Below are positions 10,743-20,760 of a stretch of 64,000 bases of DNA, piece by piece. The notes under the pieces were generated by a model. That model was not told the origin of the DNA. It saw nothing but the letters and a program-made list of their open reading frames with translations, and did not search any database. The stretch comes from an uncultured Bacillales bacterium. GTDB lineage: Bacteria; Bacillota_I; Bacilli_A; RF39; UBA660. Position numbers and translations under genes: made by a program. The stretch covers positions 169 to 64,168 of the forward strand of contig CAMNCL010000002.1 in the NCBI GenBank assembly GCA_946534345.1, read 5' to 3'. The stretch's first letter is position 1. Each line of letters starts with the position of its first letter.

Positions 10743-12039
10743 TGCTAAGAACTTATTAAATAAGTTAAAGGAAACTAGAGATTATAAAAAAGATGAATTA
10801 GCAGGTATGACTGAGTATGATTTAAGTAGTGATGAAGCTCAAACTATTAATAATGAAATAGAAGACTTAGATGAAATCATTAAATACTATGAATTACTTA
10901 TTGAAAAGTTAGAGAAGATTAAAACAGATGATCCAATTAAACAAGAACAAATTAATAGACAGTTTGAGTTAATTACTAATAAATTAAAAAGTATAAATGA
11001 TAATAGTAATTATGATATTACTACTTTAAGATCAAATGATAATCAAGAATTAGAAAGGAATATAGATTCTATTATTGATAATCCAGAAGATACTAATTCT
11101 GATACCATTCAAGTAGAACAAACTAATGCTAATTCAGAAGAAAATAACCAACCTTCAGAAGAGACTAGTAGCGAACAAGTAGAAAGAGAAGAAGATAACC
11201 CTGTAGTAGAAACTACAGATAGTGAATCAACTTCTGAAGAGAATGAAGAAGAAGAGGAAAGAAAACCAATATCAAGTTCAGAACAGGCCTATGTAAGTAT
11301 TATTGATGATCGTATTAGAAATGTAGAGAAGAATATTGAAAGATTAAAGAAAATAGAGAAATATGATTTAACTGGTAAAACATCTGCCAGAAGAATTGGT
11401 TATGAACTTGAATTAATGGAATTAAAGGAAGATAAGAAAAATTTTGATAACCGTGAATCTTTATCTGCTGAGACAGAAGAGAGAATTTCTCAAATTGATC
11501 AAGATCATGCAGAGTTATTGGAGAGAAGAGAAGAATATAAAGCTCAAATAGAACATTTAAAAGAAATGAAAGAAAATCTAAAAGGATTAAGAAATAAAGT
11601 TAAGGTTCAACGTGATATTAAAAGATTAGAAATTAGGCTTAATCAATTACGTGCTGGAGAAATTCAAATGATTGAAGGGCAAAAATCTTTGATGTATCCA
11701 AAATATAAAGCTGATATACATAGACAAGCTCAGATTTCTAAAGCTGAAGGAAAAGTTGATTATATTGAAGAAAAAATTGCAGTTAACGATGAAATGCAGC
11801 AAATGTTAGATGACCGTTATTTGGGTGATCGTATTCAAGGTGTAGTAACTGGAATAAGAGGAGAATTCTATCAAGGGCAATTAGATAGAGCTAGTGAAGT
11901 TCTAGAACAAATGCAACAACCTGATGCAAATGTTGAACTATTAGGACAAAGAAGAACAACTATTTCACAATTATACGAAAGAATGATTAGAGATAGAAAT
12001 GAGAATCAAAATCAAGAAACACATGAATTAGCAGCATAG
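10735..12039 (+). CDS. Hypothetical acidic coiled-coil protein
   Basis: 434 aa, E/Q/N-rich linker, heptad-rich, ends -HELAA. Confidence 0.75.
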   Translation: MNDAKNLLNKLKETRDYKKDELAGMTEYDLSSDEAQTINNEIEDLDEIIKYYELLIEKLEKIKTDDPIKQEQINRQFELITNKLKSINDNSNYDITTLRSNDNQELERNIDSIIDNPEDTNSDTIQVEQTNANSEENNQPSEETSSEQVEREEDNPVVETTDSESTSEENEEEEERKPISSSEQAYVSIIDDRIRNVEKNIERLKKIEKYDLTGKTSARRIGYELELMELKEDKKNFDNRESLSAETEERISQIDQDHAELLERREEYKAQIEHLKEMKENLKGLRNKVKVQRDIKRLEIRLNQLRAGEIQMIEGQKSLMYPKYKADIHRQAQISKAEGKVDYIEEKIAVNDEMQQMLDDRYLGDRIQGVVTGIRGEFYQGQLDRASEVLEQMQQPDANVELLGQRRTTISQLYERMIRDRNENQNQETHELAA

Positions 12040-12049
12040 GAGGTGTTTT

Positions 12050-13324
12050 ATGTTTGTAGATGAGGTCGAAATAAAAGTAGAAGCTGGAAATGGTGGGGAT
12101 GGCTGTACTGCTTTTAGAAGAGAAAAATATGTAGAAATGGGTGGACCTTACGGAGGTAATGGAGGCCATGGATCCGATATTATATTTAAAGTAGACGAAG
12201 GACTACATACATTATTAGATTTAAGATATCAAAAAACAATTAAAGGTAAGAATGGTGAAAATGGACGTGGTAAGAATCAACATGGTAAAGGAGCAGAACC
12301 ATTAATAGTTAAAGTACCATTAGGTACAGTTGTAACAGACTTAGAAACAGGTTTTGTTTTGGCTGACTTATCACATAAAGACCAAGAAGAAGTAATTGCA
12401 AAAGGTGGACGAGGTGGTCGTGGAAACACTGCCTTTAAAACTCAATCTAATACAGCTCCTGACTATTCTGAAAAAGGTGAAGAAGGAGAACATAAAACTT
12501 TAAAAGTAGAAGTTAAAATGTTAGCAGATGTTGGACTTGTAGGATTACCTAGTGTAGGTAAAAGTACAATAATATCTTGTGTTTCAAAATCAAAACCAAA
12601 GATTGCTGCTTATCACTTCACAACACTTAGTCCAAATTTAGGAGTTGTTAAGAGTAGTGATGGAAGAAGTTTTGTAATGGCTGATTTACCAGGTTTAATA
12701 GAAGGTGCTAGTCAAGGAGATGGATTAGGAGACAAATTCTTAAGACATATTGAAAGAACAAGAGTAATTGCTCATGTTATTGATATGGCTGGTAGTGAAA
12801 TGCGTGATCCATATGAAGATTATTTAGTTATTAATAAAGAATTAGAGGCATTTAATGATAAATTAATAAAAAAGCCTATGATTGTAATAGCTAATAAAAT
12901 GGATTTAGATGGTGCAAAAGAAAACTTAGAAGACTTTAAAAAGAAAGTTGATTGTAAAATATTTGAAGTAAGTGCTGCTACTAATACAGGATTGCAAGTA
13001 GTAGTAGATTATTTAGCAGATTTATTAGATACTATTCCAAGTAATCCATTATATGACGAATCACAAATAGAAAGTCATGTTTTATACAAATTTAAAAAAG
13101 AAGAACCATTTACTATTACAAAAGAAGAAGATGGATTATGGGCTATTACTGGTAAAGAAGTAGAGAGAATATTTAAAATGACTAAGTTTACTAGTGATGA
13201 AGCTGTTTATAGATTTGCTAAAAAATTAAGAAAAATGGGTATTGATGATAAACTAAGAGAAATGGGAGCTCAAGAAGGAGACCAAGTAAGAATCCTAGAC
13301 TTCTATTTTGACTTTAAAGATTAG
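12050..13324 (+). CDS. obgE: GTPase ObgE
   Basis: FRREKYVEMGGP, GLPSVGKST, YHFTTL, DLPG, NKMD. Confidence 0.97.
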   Translation: MFVDEVEIKVEAGNGGDGCTAFRREKYVEMGGPYGGNGGHGSDIIFKVDEGLHTLLDLRYQKTIKGKNGENGRGKNQHGKGAEPLIVKVPLGTVVTDLETGFVLADLSHKDQEEVIAKGGRGGRGNTAFKTQSNTAPDYSEKGEEGEHKTLKVEVKMLADVGLVGLPSVGKSTIISCVSKSKPKIAAYHFTTLSPNLGVVKSSDGRSFVMADLPGLIEGASQGDGLGDKFLRHIERTRVIAHVIDMAGSEMRDPYEDYLVINKELEAFNDKLIKKPMIVIANKMDLDGAKENLEDFKKKVDCKIFEVSAATNTGLQVVVDYLADLLDTIPSNPLYDESQIESHVLYKFKKEEPFTITKEEDGLWAITGKEVERIFKMTKFTSDEAVYRFAKKLRKMGIDDKLREMGAQEGDQVRILDFYFDFKD

Positions 13325-13332
13325 GTGATTAG

Positions 13333-14025
13333 ATGATAACAATATGTACTTTTAATATTCAAAATAATTTTAAAAACTATAATAAAAATAAAAGTAATGA
13401 GATAGTTGATTTATTAAAAGATAAATCTATAGATATATATAATCTACAAGAAGTATATTCAAAGATAGATAAAGATTTAAAAAGTATATTTAGAAACTTA
13501 TCTTATACAATTAATGGTACATATCGTTTTCTAATACCAACAAGATTTAATGAAAAAAATCCTATTATTACAAATAAAAAAGTAATAAGTCAAAAGACAT
13601 ATCACTTACCATTTCTACCTTCATTGTTAAAGAGAATTATGACAAAAGTAGAAATTGAAGATGATGGGAAGATAATATCAATTTATAATACACATCTAGA
13701 AGTAAGAAAAGAAAAAGTAAAAGAAAGACAATTAAAAAAGATATTAAAAATATTAAAGGAAGATAAAAATCCAATAATATTAACTGGTGATTTTAATTTA
13801 AAAACTAATAAAGAATTATTTAATAAGTTTATAGAAGAATTAAATAAACTAGGTATAGAACATGTTGATGTCGAAGACAAGACATTGAAAATATCTAAGT
13901 ATCATAGAGCAATTGATCATATCTTTATTTCTAATAGTTTTAAATTAATTAGTAAAAAAAGAATAACTGATTTAGATATAAGTGATCATTATCCAGTTTT
14001 AATAAAAATAGATTATAAGAAGTAA
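13333..14025 (+). CDS. Endonuclease/exonuclease/phosphatase family protein
   Basis: TFNI, LQEV, NTHL, GDFN, IDHIF, SDHYPV. Confidence 0.9.
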   Translation: MITICTFNIQNNFKNYNKNKSNEIVDLLKDKSIDIYNLQEVYSKIDKDLKSIFRNLSYTINGTYRFLIPTRFNEKNPIITNKKVISQKTYHLPFLPSLLKRIMTKVEIEDDGKIISIYNTHLEVRKEKVKERQLKKILKILKEDKNPIILTGDFNLKTNKELFNKFIEELNKLGIEHVDVEDKTLKISKYHRAIDHIFISNSFKLISKKRITDLDISDHYPVLIKIDYKK

Positions 14026-14036
14026 CAGGTGATTAT

Positions 14037-14729
14037 ATGGGAGATACGTTGAATGATAATTATAGACAAGTATTGGAATTTGTAATTAAGAATAATGATA
14101 TATTTACTGATTATGAGCGTAAATATCTTCTTAATTATGCCTTAAAGGGACATGCTCCAGGTAAGTTAATCCCTGATTTAGTAACTGAAGTATACGATAA
14201 ATTAGGTATTTTAGAAGATAATGATAATATTTATTTAGGATTTATGGATTTATTAGATCAAGAGTTTTTATATAGAGATAGAAATATTATAGAAGTAGGT
14301 GGAGGTATTATACCTAGTTTAGCTAAGAGAGTATCTAGAGAACAGGTTTCTGGAAAAATTAAAGTATATGATCCTAGACTAAGTAAATATGAACACAATA
14401 ATGAAAAATTAACATTAGTAAGGGATAAATTCTATGGAGATACTAAAGTAGGAGATGCTAATCTAATTATTGGTTTTATGCCTTGTGAAGCAACTTATAA
14501 TATTATTGATTCTGCATCAAGAAATAATATTGATTTTATGATTGCTTTATGTGAGGGTGGTCCTCATGGTGATATTTATGATTATTTTGAAAATGAAAAT
14601 GATTGGTTAGGTACAATGCTTTATATGGCTGAAAGAGCAGTAGAGGATAATAATATGGGTTCTTTAGAGAAAAAGTATTTAAAAAAATATCATAATCCAT
14701 ACCCTGTTGTTTACAATAAACGTAAATAA
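14037..14729 (+). CDS. Hypothetical protein with a SAM-methyltransferase-like motif
   Basis: IIEVGGG followed by VYDP and IIGFMPC. Confidence 0.5.
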   Translation: MGDTLNDNYRQVLEFVIKNNDIFTDYERKYLLNYALKGHAPGKLIPDLVTEVYDKLGILEDNDNIYLGFMDLLDQEFLYRDRNIIEVGGGIIPSLAKRVSREQVSGKIKVYDPRLSKYEHNNEKLTLVRDKFYGDTKVGDANLIIGFMPCEATYNIIDSASRNNIDFMIALCEGGPHGDIYDYFENENDWLGTMLYMAERAVEDNNMGSLEKKYLKKYHNPYPVVYNKRK

Positions 14730-14803
14730 TTAAATAAAATGTTTAAATAATTGTTTTTTTAAAAAATATAGTATATAATTTTATATAATAGAGGTGTGTT
14801 TAA

Positions 14804-15610
14804 ATGAAGGATATTAGTTTCTTAGAAAAAAATGGTGTTGATATTAAAAAAAGTTTGGAGATCTTTGGAGATGCTCAAACATATAATGAAACAATTGGAG
14901 ATTTCTTAGTAGGAATTCATTCTAAAATCAATGAATTAATTGAAATGATGAATAATTCTGATATGAATAATTATGCAATTACAGTTCACTCTTTAACAAG
15001 TGATGCAAACTATTTTGGCTTTACTAAATTAGCTGAATTAGCTGCAGAACACGAAGAGAAGAGTAAAGCTGGAGACATGTATTATGTTAATGAACATATT
15101 AATGATTTAATAAATGAAACAAATAAAGCGATAGTTTTAATTCAAGAATATATGAATAGTGATGAGACTGTTCAATCTAGTAATGAAAGTACTGAAACAA
15201 ATGGAGAAGTATATACTACAAAAACAATATTAGTTGTAGATGACTCTAATATAATTAGAAACTTTGTTAAAAGAATCTTTAGTGATGAATTTAATGTAGG
15301 TACTGCTAAAGATGGAGAAGAAGCAATTGATATTATTAAAGCAAACAAAGATAATGATTATATTAATGCAATCTTACTTGATTTAAATATGCCTAAAGTA
15401 GATGGATTTGCAGTATTAGAGTTTATGAGACAAAATGGTTTATTAGAAAAAATGCCAGTATCTATTATTTCTGGAGATTCTTCAAAAGAGACAATTGATA
15501 GAGCATTTACTTATCAGATAGTAGATATGTTAGGAAAACCATTTAATGAACAAAATATTAGAATGGTTATTGAAAAGACTATGGTATTTAGAGGAGATAA
15601 TCAACAATAA
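14804..15610 (+). CDS. HPt plus receiver (REC) domain protein
   Basis: VHSLTSDA (HPt His); LVVDDS, LLDLNMP, ISG, KPF (REC). Confidence 0.85.
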   Translation: MKDISFLEKNGVDIKKSLEIFGDAQTYNETIGDFLVGIHSKINELIEMMNNSDMNNYAITVHSLTSDANYFGFTKLAELAAEHEEKSKAGDMYYVNEHINDLINETNKAIVLIQEYMNSDETVQSSNESTETNGEVYTTKTILVVDDSNIIRNFVKRIFSDEFNVGTAKDGEEAIDIIKANKDNDYINAILLDLNMPKVDGFAVLEFMRQNGLLEKMPVSIISGDSSKETIDRAFTYQIVDMLGKPFNEQNIRMVIEKTMVFRGDNQQ

Positions 15611-15635
15611 AGAGCCAAATTATTTGGCCCTTTTT

Positions 15636-15947
15636 TTATTTTAAAATATCATTTATTCTATATTCTTTTATACAACCTAGAGGTAAAAAGAAAACATTAT
15701 AAGCACTGAATTCAAATAGTAATTTCTCTGATCTAACATTTTCATATTTACTAATTATTCTATTTTTTTTATCAGTAAAACAAATATCTACATTTTGTAC
15801 AAAGAAATAAGTGTTCGCAATCTTTTTATTAGGAAACTTTATAATATAATCTAAAGGTTCAAAGACAAATTTTAATGATTTAAATCGATTAGAAAAATTA
15901 GTGTATTCTCTTACTTCATACTTTTTATTATTGATTTTTATTTCCAT
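15636..15947 (-). CDS. DUF192-like small protein
   Basis: NFSNRFKSL..NTYFFVQNVDICFTD resembles a degenerate DUF192 pattern. Confidence 0.55.
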   Translation of the reverse strand: MEIKINNKKYEVREYTNFSNRFKSLKFVFEPLDYIIKFPNKKIANTYFFVQNVDICFTDKKNRIISKYENVRSEKLLFEFSAYNVFFLPLGCIKEYRINDILK

Positions 15948-16055
15948 AGAATCACCATATATAAATTATATCATGAATTACATTTTAAAAGAAATGCTTT
16001 TAAACTATCTTATAATATGTTAATATAATAGGGAAAGAAGCAAGGAGGTTATACA

Positions 16056-16778
16056 ATGAGTGGACATTCAAAATGGGCAACTATTCATAGAAAGAAAGGA
16101 TTATTAGATGCAGCTAGAGGTAAAATGTTTCAAAAGCTTACTAAAGAAATAATGGTAGCTGCTAAAGGAGGAAGTCCTGATCCAAGCCAAAATGCTGCCT
16201 TAAGATTAGCAGTTGATAAAGCTAAAGCTCAAAATATGCCTAAGGATAATATTCAAAAGGCAATAGATAAAGCAGTAGGTTCTGCTGACGGAGCTAATTA
16301 TGAAAGTTTAAGATATGAAGGTTATGGTCACGGTGGAGTAGCTTTTATGGTTGACTGTTTAACAGATAATCGTAATCGTACTGCTTCAGCTGTTAGAAGT
16401 AGTTTTACTAAAGCAGGAGGTAACTTAGGAACTGATGGTTCAGTAAGTTATATGTTTGAAAGAAGAGGATCTATTGTCATACCTGCAGAATATGATGAAG
16501 ATACTATGATGATGGCTGCATTAGATGCAGGAGCACTTGATTTTGAGAAGGTTGAAGATAGCTATGTTATTACTACTGATCAAAATAGTTTCACAGCTGT
16601 TAGAGATGCTTTAGAAGAAGCAGGAGTAAAAGAATTCTTAGAATGTGAACTAACATATGTTCCAAATATGGAAGTTGAATTAGATGAAGAAGGTACTGAA
16701 AAAGTAATGAAATTAGTTGATGCTCTTGAAGATTTAGATGATGTACAAGATGTTTATTATAATTTAAAAGAAAAATAA
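16056..16778 (+). CDS. yebC: YebC/PmpR family protein
   Basis: MSGHSKWATI, YEGYG, TDNRNRT. Confidence 0.95.
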   Translation: MSGHSKWATIHRKKGLLDAARGKMFQKLTKEIMVAAKGGSPDPSQNAALRLAVDKAKAQNMPKDNIQKAIDKAVGSADGANYESLRYEGYGHGGVAFMVDCLTDNRNRTASAVRSSFTKAGGNLGTDGSVSYMFERRGSIVIPAEYDEDTMMMAALDAGALDFEKVEDSYVITTDQNSFTAVRDALEEAGVKEFLECELTYVPNMEVELDEEGTEKVMKLVDALEDLDDVQDVYYNLKEK

Positions 16779-16792
16779 AAAGAGGTGAACCT

Positions 16793-17338
16793 ATGAGTTC
16801 AAAAAGATTAAATGAAATAAACAAAGAATTAAAAATATATATAAATGAATCTAGTTTTATTTCAAATAAATGTCGTAATAAATTATTAAAAATCTTTGGA
16901 GAAGAATTTAGTATTAATTTTGATTTAGATAATTATAAGAATGTTGATCTAAGTATTAAAGATGATTTTAAAGTACTTTATCGTGAAGATTTATATGAAT
17001 CTAGTGAAAAGATTAAAGATCTTGATGATTTAGAAGAAAGATATGCTAGATTTAAAGAAAAAGCTGATAAATTACTTAGTCGTAAAGAAATAGACTTTAA
17101 AAATAAAAGTAATATGAATAATATTAGTAATTTAATTGTTGTAATATGTATTATAATTATTATGATCGCAGCTTTAGTATTCGGAGTTAGTGCTTTGTTA
17201 AATGGTAATTATATAGATTGCTTATGGTTTTTAGTATTACTAAGTTGGATAGTTTCTCCAAGTTTAAAAGAAAAGATCAATAATCGTTTTATTCAAGCTA
17301 AGAATTATCTAAAAAGTTTATTAAAGAAAGTTAAATAA
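16793..17338 (+). CDS. Hypothetical membrane protein (two TM segments near the C-terminus)
   Basis: 181-aa ORF with AGAGGTGA RBS and hydrophobic segments. Confidence 0.75.
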   Translation: MSSKRLNEINKELKIYINESSFISNKCRNKLLKIFGEEFSINFDLDNYKNVDLSIKDDFKVLYREDLYESSEKIKDLDDLEERYARFKEKADKLLSRKEIDFKNKSNMNNISNLIVVICIIIIMIAALVFGVSALLNGNYIDCLWFLVLLSWIVSPSLKEKINNRFIQAKNYLKSLLKKVK

Positions 17339-17432
17339 CTTTCTTTTTTTTGTAAATTTACAATAAAAAAATATTTTTGTTGGTTTGGTAAACAGGATAT
17401 GTGTTATGATTAAACTAGAGGAGAGTGAAAGA

Positions 17433-18224
17433 ATGGAAGAAAAAAAGAAGAAAGGTAATGGAGGATTAATAATACTTGTAGTTTTATTATTAGTAGCTTG
17501 TGTTGGAATGGGAGGATTTATTTTTATTAATAAAGATAAATTAACTGCAGATAATACTAAAAATATAGTAGATAAAGAAAAGAAAAATACTAATGATAGT
17601 AAGTGTAAAGAACAAAAAGTATATTCTGTAACTGATGAAAAGATAACAAAGTTGCTTCAAACTCTTTCATATAATGGACATTCATGTTCTGAAAGCTTTG
17701 AATATTTAGCTAGAAGTGATAAATTTGAAGCAAAAGATTTTGGAGTTCAAGAAGCTTATCATATGCTAGAATATAATTATATTAACGCACATAAAGATAG
17801 TGTTTCTTTAGATGAGTATACTGAAAATATAAAAAAAATATTGGGAAAAGATTATCAGTTTGATGTAAGTAAGTTCAATTCTAATTCTGGAGATTGTCCA
17901 CAATATAAGTATAATGCTGATAGTAAAAACTTTACTAAACAAGAAACTGCGTGTGGTTGGACATGTGGACCATATAGCTCAACTTATAGAATTGTAAAAG
18001 CTGTTGAGAGTAATGATGTCTTAGAAGTATCAGTAAAAAGTGTATTCTATACTGATGATGGTTTTTATAAAGATGCTGCAAAAACACAACTTATTACTAA
18101 AACTAGAAATGATAGTTCTTATGAGTTAACTGATGAAGTTTTTGCCCAAGGTGGAGATTATCTGTTTAAATTTAAAAATGAAGATGGTAATTATGTATTT
18201 GTTTCATCAGAACCAGTTAAATAA
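17433..18224 (+). CDS. Membrane-anchored extracytoplasmic hypothetical protein
   Basis: MEEKKKKGNGG plus an N-terminal TM helix; CPQY..CGWTC cysteines; ATG 17433 follows GAGGAG. Confidence 0.75.
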   Translation: MEEKKKKGNGGLIILVVLLLVACVGMGGFIFINKDKLTADNTKNIVDKEKKNTNDSKCKEQKVYSVTDEKITKLLQTLSYNGHSCSESFEYLARSDKFEAKDFGVQEAYHMLEYNYINAHKDSVSLDEYTENIKKILGKDYQFDVSKFNSNSGDCPQYKYNADSKNFTKQETACGWTCGPYSSTYRIVKAVESNDVLEVSVKSVFYTDDGFYKDAAKTQLITKTRNDSSYELTDEVFAQGGDYLFKFKNEDGNYVFVSSEPVK

Positions 18225-18293
18225 AAGAGGTATATACCTCTTTTTTATTTTGTTTTTATTAATTTATATAGTATAATATATAGTGGTGATTTT

Positions 18294-20090
18294 ATGGGAA
18301 AAAGTATTAAAGCTCCATGGAGAAAGTTTTATGGTGAAGAGAAAGAACATTTAGAGTATCCTGACTTTTCAGCATATAAGCTTATTGAATACACATCTAG
18401 TAAACACTTAAATAATATTAGTTATAATTATTATGGAAATAAAAAGACTTATCATGAGTTTTTAAAACAAATTGATGAAGCTGCTCGTGCTTTGAAAGCT
18501 ATTGGAGTAAAACATAAAGATGTAGTATCTATTTGTATGCCTAATACTCCAGAAGGAATTATATCTTTTTATGCGGCTAATAAAATAGGAGCTATTGCTT
18601 CTATGATTCATCCATTAAGTGCAGAAAATGAAATTAAAAATTATTTAAATATATCTAAAACAGAATGGTTAATTACAATAGATTTTACAATACCTAAAGT
18701 AGATAAGATATTAGATGATACTAAGGTAAAGAAAGTAGTTTCAGTAGGAGTAGGAGAATCAATGCCTCCTATTAGTAAATCTTTATATGCTACTATGACT
18801 ATTCCAAAGAATATTATTCCTAAGACTATTAAGACATTAAATCCTAATACTTATTTAAAAAGTGATAATAGAAGAATTAGTTGGAAAGAGTTTATTAAAT
18901 TAGGAAAAGAATATACTAAAGAAATAGATGATGATTTTAAAGGTAAAGATATTGCTGCTATATTGTATTCTGGTGGTACTACTGGTACTCCTAAGGGTGT
19001 TAGATTAACTAATTTAAATTTAAATGCTTCTGCAATGCAAAATTTTGAACATGTTGCTTGTCTAAAAGATAAAGATAAAGTACTCGCAATTATGCCAATC
19101 TTTCATGGATTTGGTTTAAGTGTATGTATTCACTGTGTACAATATTTTGGAGGTACTAGTATTTTACTTCCTCAGTTTAATGCTAAAACATTTGATAGAA
19201 TAGTTAAGAAATATGAACCAAATGTAATAGTAGGAGTTCCTACATTATTTGAAGCAATGACAAATAATAAGGGCTTTAATCATATGAAATTAGATTATTT
19301 AACATGTGTTATATCTGGAGGAGATTCTCTATCAGTAGAATTAAAGAAAAAGTTTGATTCTTGGTTAGAGAAACATCATTCCCCAACTACTATTAGAGAA
19401 GGTTATGGATTAACTGAATGTTGTGCCGCAAGTTGTTTTACTCCTCTTAATTATTATAGAGAAGGAAGCATTGGAATACCTTATCCAGATACATACTATA
19501 AGATAGTTGAAGTAGGAACTGATAAAGAACTTCCATATGGAACAGCTGGTGAAATAGTAATAAGTGGTCCTACTGTAATGGCAGGTTATATTAGAAATAG
19601 AAAAGAAACTAAACAAACTTTAAGAAAACATCGTGATGGACATATTTGGTTACATACAGGTGATGAAGGTGTAATGGATCAAGATGGATTTGTTTATTTT
19701 AAAGGTAGAATAAAGAGAATGATTATTACATCAGGATATTGTGTTTATCCAAATAATATTGAAAATGTAATTGATTCACATCCACAAGTTAGAATGAGTT
19801 GTGTTATAGGTATACCTCATCCATATAAAGTAACAGTTGCGAAAGCATTTATTGTTTTAAATGAAGGAGTAGAAGAATCTCCTGAAATACTAGATTCAAT
19901 AAAAGAATTGGTAGAACAAAACTTAGCTAGATTCTCATGGCCATATGATTATGAATTTAGAAAAGAACTTCCTAAAACTTTAGTAGGTAAAGTTGCTTAT
20001 AATGTACTAATACATGAAGAAGAAATGAAAAAGAAAAATTATGAAGTTAATGAAGATATCCTTGAACAAGTAGAGGAAGAAGACGAATAG
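18294..20090 (+). CDS. Long-chain acyl-CoA synthetase / AMP-binding enzyme
   Basis: YSGGTTGTPKG, EGYGLTE, WLHTGD, GRIKRMI, LPKTLVGK. Confidence 0.92.
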   Translation: MGKSIKAPWRKFYGEEKEHLEYPDFSAYKLIEYTSSKHLNNISYNYYGNKKTYHEFLKQIDEAARALKAIGVKHKDVVSICMPNTPEGIISFYAANKIGAIASMIHPLSAENEIKNYLNISKTEWLITIDFTIPKVDKILDDTKVKKVVSVGVGESMPPISKSLYATMTIPKNIIPKTIKTLNPNTYLKSDNRRISWKEFIKLGKEYTKEIDDDFKGKDIAAILYSGGTTGTPKGVRLTNLNLNASAMQNFEHVACLKDKDKVLAIMPIFHGFGLSVCIHCVQYFGGTSILLPQFNAKTFDRIVKKYEPNVIVGVPTLFEAMTNNKGFNHMKLDYLTCVISGGDSLSVELKKKFDSWLEKHHSPTTIREGYGLTECCAASCFTPLNYYREGSIGIPYPDTYYKIVEVGTDKELPYGTAGEIVISGPTVMAGYIRNRKETKQTLRKHRDGHIWLHTGDEGVMDQDGFVYFKGRIKRMIITSGYCVYPNNIENVIDSHPQVRMSCVIGIPHPYKVTVAKAFIVLNEGVEESPEILDSIKELVEQNLARFSWPYDYEFRKELPKTLVGKVAYNVLIHEEEMKKKNYEVNEDILEQVEEEDE

Positions 20091-20170
20091 AAACATATAA
20101 TAATGTTTCTTTTTTCTTTACTTAATTAGATGAAATACATTATAATGTATATATAGTAGGAGGTACGGAA

Positions 20171-20566
20171 ATGCTAGAAGGTAAAAAACCAATTGAATCA
20201 TTTCATATAATAGTAAGATCACATTCACTATCATTAAGAGGATTTGAAGAAGTATGTGATTATTTTGATGAAGAGAAAGATAAAACTAATTTAAACTTAG
20301 ATGAAAAGATAATTATTGCGAATTGTATTAGAAATATACATTTAGCAAGCGCAACAGATGAACAAAAAGAAGTTGCATTAAAAAGAAAATATAATGCAGA
20401 ATCATTTTATTTAGATAATTATGATAAATGTGCTCAAGGTACTAGAGAATATATGGCAGCTTATGATGAGAAACTAAGAAAAGAAAGAGAAATGTTTAAA
20501 GAACTTGATGCCTTTGTAGAAAGACAAAATAAAAAAGTAAGTAAAGTATACGTTAAAAAGAGATAA
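20171..20566 (+). CDS. Hypothetical protein with a basic C-terminal tail
   Basis: AGGAGGT RBS; 131 aa ending KKVSKVYVKKR. Confidence 0.75.
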   Translation: MLEGKKPIESFHIIVRSHSLSLRGFEEVCDYFDEEKDKTNLNLDEKIIIANCIRNIHLASATDEQKEVALKRKYNAESFYLDNYDKCAQGTREYMAAYDEKLRKEREMFKELDAFVERQNKKVSKVYVKKR

Positions 20567-20579
20567 TTCTCTTTTTTAA

Positions 20580-20608
20580 TTGAAAAATAATATATAATTA
20601 GATATAAT
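20580..20608 (+). promoter_or_regulatory. Sigma-A promoter of sRNA copy 1
   Basis: TTGAAA (20580) -17 nt- TATAAT (20603); no plus-strand ORF before the terminator. Confidence 0.75.
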
Positions 20609-20614
20609 CATATT

Positions 20615-20684
20615 AAGGAAGATAGTCTTTTTCTACAGACGAATTCCTTCGTTTGTATCTGGGGTTAAACCCAGATGCTTTTTT
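20615..20684 (+). ncRNA. Putative ~70-nt antitoxin sRNA, copy 1
   Basis: Own promoter; hairpin aaggaa..gtct/agac..ttcctt; terminator gtatctggg/cccagatgc plus T6; paralogue at 42180. Confidence 0.65.
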
Positions 20685-20760
20685 ATTTGAATAAAATTAT
20701 AAATATTAAACTAAATAAAAGGAGAATTATAAAATATAAAGATTTCTCTCTACAAGTCAT
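20683..20760 (-). CDS. 25-aa hydrophobic peptide MTCREKSLYFIILLLFSLIFIILFK, putative type I toxin, copy 1 (not in the ORF track)
   Basis: AAAGGTGGTG RBS; single TM helix ending in Lys; conserved in copy 2. Confidence 0.7.
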   Translation of the reverse strand: MTCREKSLYFIILLLFSLIFIILFK

